This document shows positions 37,480-45,574 of a stretch of 64,000 nucleotides of DNA, piece after piece (the first letter of the stretch is position 1; every line of letters starts with the position of its first letter). The notes beneath the pieces were generated by a model. It saw only the letters and a list, made by a program, of their open reading frames with translations. It searched no databases and was not told the origin of the DNA. The position numbers were made by a program, and so were the translations under genes. Origin of the DNA: Vicinamibacterales bacterium (GTDB lineage: Bacteria > Acidobacteriota > Vicinamibacteria > Vicinamibacterales > JAMQPK01); NCBI GenBank assembly GCA_023717525.1, contig JAMQPK010000220.1:8604-72603 (forward strand). Direction: 5' to 3'.

Positions 37480-38550
37480 TTAGTTCGTCGGTTTCGCCGC
37501 CCAGGGGCCGACTTCCGGCTTGCCCTGCGTGTTGGCCAGCGGACCGAGCTCGCCCTGCACACCACGCGTGATTGCGGCCGTTTCGCTGGCGTTCTGGAAG
37601 CAGGTGAAGTCCGGCCGGTCGCGCCATGCGAACGGACCGCAGAGACGCTTGCCTGCGCCGATGGCGGCGTCGTGCACGATATTGATGATGCGCTCGTAGT
37701 CGGGCGTGCCCTGTGCGTACCCAGAGAAGTTGCCCAGGTCGCCGCTTGCGGCGAAGAGCGCCGTCACGCCGGGGATCTTCGCAATCTCATGCGCATTCTT
37801 CACGCCTTCGAGCGTCTCGATCATCAGAATGAGCACGATATTGTCGTTGATCGTCTGGCGATAGCCACCGGGGACGCCGCCGAACATCGCGGGATCGAAC
37901 GCCTGCCCGCCGCCGTTGCTGCGACGGCCGAGAGGCGGGAAGTAGGTCCAGTTGCGCGCGGCCGTGGCTTCTTCAACTGTGTCAACCGTGGGCACGACGA
38001 CTACCAGCGCGCCGGCATCGACCGCGTGCTGGATTTCTTTTTCGTCGGTGTACGCGACGCGTGTGCCAGGCACCGCTTTCGCGTGCGGGCAGGTGCGCCA
38101 CAAACGTGCGGCTGCCGACCAGTCACGATTGTCGTGCTGCATCTCGGTCCAGATGAAGTCGTAGCCGGCGTTGGCCATCGCGCAGTAGGTGCTCGCGTCG
38201 GTCGCGCCGAAGACCGTGCCGCCCGTCACCTTCTGGCCCGCCATCATCTTCAGCTTGACCGGGTTCCAGATCTTGGAGCCCGCCGGTGGAGCGAAGGCTG
38301 AACCGTACTTCCAGGCATCCGAATTGAACGGACCGGTATTCTGGGCGCCAGCCGGCGGAGTCTGTTTGGCGTTGCTGTCCTTGCCCGCGGGGGCGGCGAG
38401 CGGAAACTGCATCTTCCCGGCATCCGGGTTATTGGCGTAGGGGTCGGCGCCAGCCGGGCCACCCTGTCGCGCCGGAGCCTGTCCCTGTGCGCTGAACGTG
38501 GCGATTCCTAACGCTGTGACGGCCGTCACAGCAAAAAGCAGACGTTTCAC
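37480..38550 (-). CDS. HpcH/HpaI-family class II aldolase with an N-terminal signal peptide
   Basis: AAGGAGG RBS before GTG 38550; signal MKRLLFAVTAVTALGIATFSAQG; GYDFIWTEMQH, VVVPTVDTVEEA, FPPLGRRS, MIETLEGVKNAHEIAKIPGV, SGDL. Confidence 0.85.
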   Translation of the reverse strand: MKRLLFAVTAVTALGIATFSAQGQAPARQGGPAGADPYANNPDAGKMQFPLAAPAGKDSNAKQTPPAGAQNTGPFNSDAWKYGSAFAPPAGSKIWNPVKLKMMAGQKVTGGTVFGATDASTYCAMANAGYDFIWTEMQHDNRDWSAAARLWRTCPHAKAVPGTRVAYTDEKEIQHAVDAGALVVVVPTVDTVEEATAARNWTYFPPLGRRSNGGGQAFDPAMFGGVPGGYRQTINDNIVLILMIETLEGVKNAHEIAKIPGVTALFAASGDLGNFSGYAQGTPDYERIINIVHDAAIGAGKRLCGPFAWRDRPDFTCFQNASETAAITRGVQGELGPLANTQGKPEVGPWAAKPTN

Positions 38551-38627
38551 TTCAAACCTCCTTATGAGTGCGACTGTTCGCAGAGGGAGAATATGCACCC
38601 GTACGTCCCCTGAGGGCAAGCGTTACC

Positions 38628-38963
38628 TTACGGTTGTGCGTCGAAGAATTTCAGGGCCATCGTGCCGTGTGTCGTGGCTGCACCGGCACGCAACGCGGCG
38701 GCGAGCAGCGCCGATTCGACGAGCTCTTCGCGCGTCGCGCCGGCCGCCTTGGCCGCTTTTGAATGGGCCTCGATGCAGTACGGGCACATCTGGGCGCATG
38801 CGACCGCGACCGCGATCAGCTCTCGATACTTTCTGGGGATGGCGCCGTCGGTTCGCGCCGTGATTTTTTCGAGATTCAACCACGCCTCGTAGTCGGCAGG
38901 GGCGAGTTTCCTCATTTCTCTGAGAAGACGAATGTCAGCTGGATCGTGAAAGTGGTCGCTCAA
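38628..38963 (-). CDS. Carboxymuconolactone decarboxylase / AhpD-family protein
   Basis: GAIPRKYRELIAVAVA...CPYCIEAH..AAKAAGATREELVE; GGAGG RBS. Confidence 0.88.
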   Translation of the reverse strand: MSDHFHDPADIRLLREMRKLAPADYEAWLNLEKITARTDGAIPRKYRELIAVAVACAQMCPYCIEAHSKAAKAAGATREELVESALLAAALRAGAATTHGTMALKFFDAQP

Positions 38964-39017
38964 ATGAAGGCCTCCGGGCAGAGGATACCAATCTACTGCG
39001 GAAGACGCACGATGAAG

Positions 39018-39045
39018 TTAGTTATTGGTCGTCAGTCGTTGGTCG
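39018..39045. repeat. Degenerate heptamer array upstream of the four-helix-bundle gene
   Basis: TTAGTTA TTGGTCG TCAGTCG TTGGTCG. Confidence 0.7.
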
Positions 39046-39050
39046 TGCGC

Positions 39051-39066
39051 GGGCAGGGTTCTTGCC
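39051..39066 (+). promoter_or_regulatory. Putative sigma-54 promoter of the four-helix-bundle gene
   Basis: GGGCAGGGTTCTTGCC = GG-N10-GC with TTGC; ATG follows the -12 C after 12 nt, at about +1; no RBS. Confidence 0.55.
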
Positions 39067-39077
39067 GTGCTCTCGAC

Positions 39078-39461
39078 ATGATCGCAAAGACTCTCATCGA
39101 TTTACAGGTCTATCAGAAAGCGCTCGTCGGATCGTTCGCAGTTTCTGCACTCTTGAAGCACCCCCAGCTGCGCAAAGACCGCAAACTGAGCGAACAACTT
39201 GGCGCAGCCGCCGATTCGGTGTGCAGCAACATCGCCGAAGGGTTCGCACAGCAGTCCGACCGGAAATTCACGCTCTATCTCTTTGTTGCACGAGGATCGG
39301 CCAACGAGGTACGCGCGCATCTGGCTGTGGCCCGCAACCGAGACCATATCACCGCCGAGGAACTTTCAGAACTGAGCCGTACCTACGACGAGATCGGGCG
39401 GATGTTGACGCGCTTCATCCAGTATCTGCGCCGGTCGGATCGCCGGGAGCAGGCAAAGTAG
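39078..39461 (+). CDS. Four-helix-bundle protein (23S rRNA intervening-sequence protein / Avd-like family)
   Basis: DLQVYQKA, L..QL..AADSVCSNIAEGF, F..YL.VARGSANEVRAHL..A..R..I, I.RML..FI.YL. Confidence 0.92.
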   Translation: MIAKTLIDLQVYQKALVGSFAVSALLKHPQLRKDRKLSEQLGAAADSVCSNIAEGFAQQSDRKFTLYLFVARGSANEVRAHLAVARNRDHITAEELSELSRTYDEIGRMLTRFIQYLRRSDRREQAK

Positions 39462-39487
39462 GTTCTTGGTCCTTTGTCCCCGGTCTC
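39460..39487. repeat. Degenerate heptamer array starting at the stop codon of the four-helix-bundle gene
   Basis: AGGTTCT TGGTCCT TTGTCCC CGGTCTC; shares the TGGTCCT unit with the 37397 array. Confidence 0.65.
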
Positions 39488-39554
39488 AGCCGGCCCGCCG
39501 CCAACGCCGGGTTCTTCATGCGGCCTGACTGTTGTGACGGATACAATCTCCCGG

Positions 39555-41528
39555 ATGCCGGCACTCACGGTAGTGGTCGTCGTCTACAACATTCCGCGCG
39601 AGGCGCCACGGACGCTCTTCTCGTTGTCGGCTGACTACCAGCGGGACATCGATCCCGAAGAATACGAAATCATCGTCGTCGATAACGGTTCGAGTCCACC
39701 CTTCGATCCGAGGGTCCTCGATGGACTGCAGGGTAACTTTCGTCTGCTCAGAATTGACGATGCACCCGCGTCACCGGCTCACGCTGCGAATCGCGGTCTG
39801 GCGGCGGCGCGGGGTGCGGTGGTCGGCCTGTTGATCGACGGAGCCCGTCTCGTCACTCCTGGTCTGTTGCACTACGCGTTGCTCGGGGCGAACAGTCATC
39901 CGAAGGCGGTCGTTGCCAGCCTTGGCTGGTATCTCGGTGGCGACCTGCAGGGAGCTGCCGCGGAAGCCGGCTACAACCAGGCGCGCGAAGACGCGTTGCT
40001 GTCGTCGATCGACTGGCCGACGGACGGATATCGTCTGTTCGACATCGGAACCCTCGACGAATCCTCGGTCGACGGCTGGATGGCACCGATTTCCGAAACC
40101 AATACGTTATTCATGCGTCGCCAGTTGTGGGATCTCCTGGGGGGGTTGGACGAGCGTTTCGACGCCGCGGGGGGTGGTTTGGTCAACCTCGATATCTACC
40201 GCCGGGCCTTGCAGCTCGACGGAGCGGACCCGGTCGTCCTCCTCGGAGAAGCGTCGTTCCATCAACTGCATGGGGGGGTCTCGACGAATGCGGGCCAGTC
40301 CCAGCAGCTCGATAACTGGGATCGCTGGCATTCGCAGTACCGACAACTCCGCAGCGTCGACTGGACCTGGGTGCCCCGGCGGAGCCCTGCAACGCTGATC
40401 GGCAGGCTTCCGGCGGAGGCGATGTCGCGATTCGTCCACTCGGCCATCAGCCCGGTACGTGCGGACGTTCACCCGCTTGGGCCAGCGTTCGATCAGGGCA
40501 CCTGGTCGCCGACACCGGTGGCCCGGCCGGCCGACCCAGTCACCGCCGGCCTTGTCGATCTCGCGCATATGGAGCTCAGGCGCGGTCGACCGGGTGCGGC
40601 CGGAGCCGTAGCCCGATTCGCTCGCCATCGCGATCCCGACAATCACGAGTTACGGCGCCTCATGTCCCTGACCGCCAATCACGTCCGCTTCGAGCCGGAT
40701 GACGCACATCGGGCCGTGGCCTTGGCGCGTGCGCATCAGATCGTCGGTGACCTGGCCGGCGCGACTGCTCATTTCAGGAAAGCGCTCGACCGTCAACCAG
40801 GCTTGGTCGACGCGCACGTCGGACTGTCTGAGCTGCGGATGCCGGCGGAGCATTATCTGGTTTGGTTGCAGCGGCTGTACGACCTGTTGGCGCCCGCCAC
40901 AGCCCTCGAGATTGGGATCTACCACGGGCAGTCGCTCGCGCTGCATCGTCCACCGACCGTGGTAATCGGCGTCGACCCCCAGCCATTGGTAGCTCAGCCG
41001 CTCCAGACCGAGACGCACATCTTTACGCAGACGAGCGATGCCTTCTTCGCGAGCCAGCGGCTCGACGCGTTGCTCGGTGGACGCCCGCTCTCGGTGGGGT
41101 TCATCGACGGACTACACCTCTTCGAACAAGCGCTGCGGGACTTCATGAATCTCGAAGCCCATTGCGGACCAGAATCCACGATTCTTATTCACGACACGGT
41201 TCCGCTGGACGAACCGACGCAGCGTCGCGAAATGGACACGGTGTTCCACACCGGCGACGTCTGGCGCACCGTCTTGTGCCTCAGGAAGTATCGACCCGGC
41301 CTGCAAATGTTCACCATCGCGACGCCGCCCACCGGCCTCACGGTCGTGACCGGTTTGGATCCGAGCTCGCGACTCCTGGAAGCGCACTATGATGAGTATG
41401 TGAACGAGTTTCTTTCCATTCCATTCGTCGCCATCGAGAACGATCTGAGCCGTGCGCTTAACGTGGTAGCGGCCGATCTTCCCTCCGTCGAACGCCTACT
41501 CGGCGAGCGGCGGTCTACCAGGTCGTGA
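39555..41528 (+). CDS. Fusion: GT2 glycosyltransferase + TPR + class I methyltransferase (Methyltransf_24-like)
   Basis: VVVVVYN, YEIIVVDNGS, GGLDERF; TPR segment (ARAHQIVGDLAGATAHFRKAL); LEIGIYHGQSL, FIDGLHLFEQALRDF, IHDTVP, TGDVWR. TACAAT lies 7 nt upstream of the ATG. Confidence 0.85.
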   Translation: MPALTVVVVVYNIPREAPRTLFSLSADYQRDIDPEEYEIIVVDNGSSPPFDPRVLDGLQGNFRLLRIDDAPASPAHAANRGLAAARGAVVGLLIDGARLVTPGLLHYALLGANSHPKAVVASLGWYLGGDLQGAAAEAGYNQAREDALLSSIDWPTDGYRLFDIGTLDESSVDGWMAPISETNTLFMRRQLWDLLGGLDERFDAAGGGLVNLDIYRRALQLDGADPVVLLGEASFHQLHGGVSTNAGQSQQLDNWDRWHSQYRQLRSVDWTWVPRRSPATLIGRLPAEAMSRFVHSAISPVRADVHPLGPAFDQGTWSPTPVARPADPVTAGLVDLAHMELRRGRPGAAGAVARFARHRDPDNHELRRLMSLTANHVRFEPDDAHRAVALARAHQIVGDLAGATAHFRKALDRQPGLVDAHVGLSELRMPAEHYLVWLQRLYDLLAPATALEIGIYHGQSLALHRPPTVVIGVDPQPLVAQPLQTETHIFTQTSDAFFASQRLDALLGGRPLSVGFIDGLHLFEQALRDFMNLEAHCGPESTILIHDTVPLDEPTQRREMDTVFHTGDVWRTVLCLRKYRPGLQMFTIATPPTGLTVVTGLDPSSRLLEAHYDEYVNEFLSIPFVAIENDLSRALNVVAADLPSVERLLGERRSTRS

Positions 41529-41532
41529 CACC

Positions 41533-42222
41533 ATGATTCGCCAGGGTTCATACGTTGTCGATCGAGACCAGGCCGCTTTGTCGTCAGGGGATACCGAGGC
41601 CGTCGATCGATTTCACGAGCTTTATTACCAACGCTGGGTTAACCAGTCCGACACTATCAACCTGAGCTGGTTCGGATACCGGCTGCTGAAGTGCCCGATG
41701 GACATGTGGATGTATCAGGAACTGCTGGTACGCACGCGGCCGGACTTCGTAGTGGAGGCGGGTACTTATCTGGGGGGCAGTGCGCTGTATCTGGCGACCA
41801 TCCTCGACCAGCTCGGGCACGGACGGGTCATTACGATCGACATCACTCCACAACCCGATCGCCCGGTCCATCCGCGCATCGACTATGTTCTCGGGTCGAG
41901 CATCGATCCGGCGGTGGTGCAGGGCGTGTTCGGATCGGTTGCCGGGCGGCGCGCCATGGTCATTCTGGATTCCGATCACACCGAAGACCACGTTCACGCG
42001 GAGATGACCGCATATAGCCCGCTCGTGCACGTTGGCGACTACATGATCGTTGAGGACACCAACGTCAATGGCCACCCGGCATGGCCGGCGTTCGGGCCTG
42101 GTCCGATGGAGGCCGTAGACCGATTCCTATCGCAGCGGCAAGATTTCGAGGTGGACTCGCGCTGCGAGCGCTTCCTGATGACGCTGAACCCGCGTGGGTA
42201 CCTGCGGCGCTGCGCGAGCTGA
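41533..42222 (+). CDS. CmcI (cephalosporin hydroxylase)/rhamnosyl O-methyltransferase family
   Basis: KCPMDMWMYQELL...RPDFVVEAGTYLGGS, MVILDSDH, YMIVEDT, GPMEAV, NPRGYLRR. Confidence 0.88.
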   Translation: MIRQGSYVVDRDQAALSSGDTEAVDRFHELYYQRWVNQSDTINLSWFGYRLLKCPMDMWMYQELLVRTRPDFVVEAGTYLGGSALYLATILDQLGHGRVITIDITPQPDRPVHPRIDYVLGSSIDPAVVQGVFGSVAGRRAMVILDSDHTEDHVHAEMTAYSPLVHVGDYMIVEDTNVNGHPAWPAFGPGPMEAVDRFLSQRQDFEVDSRCERFLMTLNPRGYLRRCAS

Positions 42223-42229
42223 TACCGAC

Positions 42230-43006
42230 ATGCTCGCTGAATCGCCGCTGGCTACGTTGTATCTGGACCTCCTCGAACAGACACTCACCGGGGCCATCCT
42301 GCAGGACACCGGTGTTCTCCCGGCCTTCCTTTCAACGACAGTCGTCGCATCAGTCGGCTATGACCGCGAAAGGAGGAGCAAGGGCAGGGACTGGCCGACT
42401 CACGCGCACACGATGATCGGCCTGGAGCGGCTCAGGAGCCTGCGGCACCTCGTGGCGGAGGTCCTCGAAAATGGAACGTCAGGGGACCTCCTCGAAGCCG
42501 GAGTCTGGCGGGGCGGTGCCAGCATCTATATGCGCGCGCTGCTGGCCGCGCATGGTGTGAATGATCGTCGTGTCTGGGTTGTCGACTCGTTTGCCGGGTT
42601 ACCGCCGCCAAACGAAAAGGATTTTCCCGCGGACCGCGGCGATCGACTTCATGAGATTGGTTACCTGGCCGTGCCGCTGGAGGAAGTGAAACAAAATTTC
42701 CAGAAATACGGCATGCTGGATTCCCAGGTTGAGTTCGTGTCTGGCTGGTTCAAAGATACCCTTCCAACCATACCGGTCTCTCAACTCGCGATTCTTCGCC
42801 TCGACGGCGACATGTATGAGTCCACGACGCAGTGCCTACGGTCGCTCTATGGTCGCGTCTCTATTGGCGGATTTGTCATCATCGACGATTTCGGCCTCCC
42901 CCCCTGTCGTCAGGCGGTTGAAGACTTTCGGGAGCAGAACGGAATCGTTGATCCGTTGATCGACATTGACGGTATGGCGGTTTTCTGGCAACGAGCAGGA
43001 CCTTGA
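42230..43006 (+). CDS. TylF/MycF/NovP-family sugar O-methyltransferase
   Basis: AHTMIGLERL, GDLLEAGVWRGG, DSFAGLP, GWFKDTLP, LRLDGDMYEST, GGFVIIDD. Confidence 0.92.
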   Translation: MLAESPLATLYLDLLEQTLTGAILQDTGVLPAFLSTTVVASVGYDRERRSKGRDWPTHAHTMIGLERLRSLRHLVAEVLENGTSGDLLEAGVWRGGASIYMRALLAAHGVNDRRVWVVDSFAGLPPPNEKDFPADRGDRLHEIGYLAVPLEEVKQNFQKYGMLDSQVEFVSGWFKDTLPTIPVSQLAILRLDGDMYESTTQCLRSLYGRVSIGGFVIIDDFGLPPCRQAVEDFREQNGIVDPLIDIDGMAVFWQRAGP

Positions 43007-43098
43007 GTTGATCCTTCATTCCCGCTTAGTGACAAAACCAGCCTGTCGTCACGATCTTCTATAATCAACAGCGAACGGTTATCAGGAGGTAAGACGGG

Positions 43099-43899
43099 AT
43101 GAGCGAGTCACTCGAGGTGGGCGCGAACGAGTCGGCACTGATTCCGCCGAAAGAAATGCTGTACGACGGCAGCTCCTCGCCAGCGGAGTTCGTGCTGTAC
43201 GGCGACCACTTCTGCCAGCACTTCCTCATAGCACGAGCTCATATGACGCCCTCGGCGGCCGTTCTCGATGTAGGTTGTGGCAACGGCTCGGTGTCGCGGG
43301 CGTTGACGCAGGTGCTCACACCTGCCGGACAGTATGAAGGCGTTGACGTGAACGGGGCGAGCATCTCCTGGCTGCAGGAGCGCTACCGAGGCTTTCCGAA
43401 CTTCCACTTCAGCCACGCCGACGTGTACAACAAAATGTACAACCCCGGCGGGCGGCTGACCGCGGGCGACTACCGATTTCCTTTTGCTGATTCGGCCTTC
43501 GACCTTGTGCTGCTGAAGTCGGTCTTCACGCACATGATGCCCGTCGACGTGCGCAAGTACATCCATGAAATCGACCGGGTCTTGAAGCCCGGTGGCCGGG
43601 CGGTCATCACGTACTTCCTGTTGAACGACGAGTCGCGGCTATTCATTGCGCGTGGACAGGACGTCCATCACTTGACGCATGAGTACGAGCGAGACCCGCT
43701 GTGCCGAATCGCGAATCCCGTGGTCCCAGAGGTGGTGGTCGCACACGACGAAGCGAGAATTCGCGGCTACCAGTCCGAGGTCGGCTGGAGCACGCTGGAA
43801 ATCGCCTACGGAAACTGGAGCGGCCGAAGCTCGTTCCTCGGGCATCAGGATCTCATCATCTCGGCGAAGGAACCGAAAATCCCGGCGCCGCAGCGCTAG
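43099..43899 (+). CDS. Class I SAM-dependent methyltransferase
   Basis: AGGAGG RBS and upstream TATAAT; VLDVGCGNG, FPFADSAFD, SVFTHM, RVLKPGG. Confidence 0.88.
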   Translation: MSESLEVGANESALIPPKEMLYDGSSSPAEFVLYGDHFCQHFLIARAHMTPSAAVLDVGCGNGSVSRALTQVLTPAGQYEGVDVNGASISWLQERYRGFPNFHFSHADVYNKMYNPGGRLTAGDYRFPFADSAFDLVLLKSVFTHMMPVDVRKYIHEIDRVLKPGGRAVITYFLLNDESRLFIARGQDVHHLTHEYERDPLCRIANPVVPEVVVAHDEARIRGYQSEVGWSTLEIAYGNWSGRSSFLGHQDLIISAKEPKIPAPQR

Positions 43900-43926
43900 C
43901 CGGCCCACGCCCTTCTGTTCCGCGCA

Positions 43927-45573
43927 ATGCCAGAAATCCTCTACTCGTGTGTTGTCGACGCCTCTCCTGTGCTCTACCACCAGACGATGGTATGGGCATG
44001 GACGGCGATCCATCTGGCAGGCATTGACCCGTCACAACTCGTCGTCCACCTGGTTGTCGGCAGTGACGACCGGTTGCGGCGCGACCTCGCGCGGATCGGT
44101 GTGCGCTGTATTCCCGTGCAACCGTTTGCCAAAGGCACTCCAAGCTGCAACAAGCTGGTCCAGCTCGACAGCGAAGCACTGCTCTCCCATCCGCGTGTCG
44201 TGCTGAGCGATTGCGACATCGCGTGGATCGCGCCTGTCGACGGGCACCTGTTCGGCGGGCAGCCACGAGCGAAGGTCGTCGACCTCGCGAATCCGCCGCT
44301 TGAACTACTGGAGCCGCTGTTTCTTGAGGCGGGCTTTCCGGATGCCGCAACGAGCATCACCTCGATTGGCAACCAGGCGACGTTGCACAACAATTGCAAT
44401 GGCGGCTTGTACCTGCTGTCCGGTGGCTGGCTGCGCAGACTGCAGGAACCGTGGAAGCGCTGGCTGGATTGGGTCGAGGCGCGAGCCGTGCAACTCGGCC
44501 CTTACAGCGTGCACATGTTTCAGGTGTCCTTTGCGCTGGCGATGGAAGAGCTCGGGGCTCGAGTCGAGCACCTTCCACTCGAATACAACTTCCCGACGCA
44601 CACAAACCGAACGGCGGAGTGTTCCGTTGAAAGCGATATTCGCGCATTGCATTTCCATCGGGCGTACGACACGTCCGGCCTGCTGTTGCCAACCGGCGTC
44701 GCGCGCGTCGACAAGGCAGTTACCGCGGTGAACACCTTTCTCTGGCCGCGCTTCGCCGGCGCGTGGTGGATGAACGGGCCCGAGCTGGTCACGAGGGAAT
44801 CGGTGCACGGACGATTCCGGACCCGACGGTATGACCATGTTACGCAACAGCTGGAGACCTACGGCGCACACACTCGGAATGAGCTGGCCATGGTTCTCGC
44901 GTTCCTGCGGCCCGGTGATCAGGTCATCGATGTCGGGGCACACATCGGCACGTTCACCGTGCCGTTCGCTCGCGCGGTCGGGCCAGAGGGGCGCGTGGTC
45001 TCGGTCGAGCCGGGCATCGATGCGTTCGACTTGCTGCTCGAGAACCTGGCGCTCAACGGCGTGCTGGAACGCGTTCGGGCCGAATGTGCCCTGGTATGCG
45101 AACATCCAGGCGCCTATCGCGCGGCGGAAACGGCTGACCACACCAGCGCCACGTACTACGTAAGCACGGAGGGTGTCCCCTCGCTGGAGTGCCTGCAGTT
45201 GGATTCGCTTGCGGCGAATCTGGATAGTCACCGCCCTCTGCGGCTCATCAAGATCGACGTTGAAGGCATGGAGTTGTCGGTCCTGCGTTCTGCGGAGGCG
45301 CTCATCACGGAACATCGACCGGTACTCTACGTCGAGGTCGTTTCCGAACAATTGCTGCGCGGAGGCTCGACGGTCGCGGAACTCGAGGCTTTCCTGGTGG
45401 ATCGCCACTATGGGTTCTTCCGCAACATTGGTGAGCGGAACTCGACAAACGATCGCTACGAGATCTTGCGGATTGCCACGCTCGACGAAGGCGGGCCCTT
45501 CTTCGACTGTCTGGCGATTCCCCTGGAGCGCTTGAGCGAGGAACCCGCGCTCCTCTCGTCGTCGAGCCGGTAG
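43927..45573 (+). CDS. Fusion: GT-A (GT8-like) domain + FkbM-family methyltransferase
   Basis: CNKL, SDCD (DxD), NGGLY, YNFP; then VIDVGAHIG, SVEP, IKIDVEGMELSVL. Confidence 0.8.
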   Translation: MPEILYSCVVDASPVLYHQTMVWAWTAIHLAGIDPSQLVVHLVVGSDDRLRRDLARIGVRCIPVQPFAKGTPSCNKLVQLDSEALLSHPRVVLSDCDIAWIAPVDGHLFGGQPRAKVVDLANPPLELLEPLFLEAGFPDAATSITSIGNQATLHNNCNGGLYLLSGGWLRRLQEPWKRWLDWVEARAVQLGPYSVHMFQVSFALAMEELGARVEHLPLEYNFPTHTNRTAECSVESDIRALHFHRAYDTSGLLLPTGVARVDKAVTAVNTFLWPRFAGAWWMNGPELVTRESVHGRFRTRRYDHVTQQLETYGAHTRNELAMVLAFLRPGDQVIDVGAHIGTFTVPFARAVGPEGRVVSVEPGIDAFDLLLENLALNGVLERVRAECALVCEHPGAYRAAETADHTSATYYVSTEGVPSLECLQLDSLAANLDSHRPLRLIKIDVEGMELSVLRSAEALITEHRPVLYVEVVSEQLLRGGSTVAELEAFLVDRHYGFFRNIGERNSTNDRYEILRIATLDEGGPFFDCLAIPLERLSEEPALLSSSSR

Positions 45574-45574
45574 A

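Noticed and set aside
39078-39461. Four-helix-bundle gene as a 23S rRNA intervening sequence or part of a DGR
   Set aside because: No rRNA sequence flanks it and no RT or template repeat is seen.
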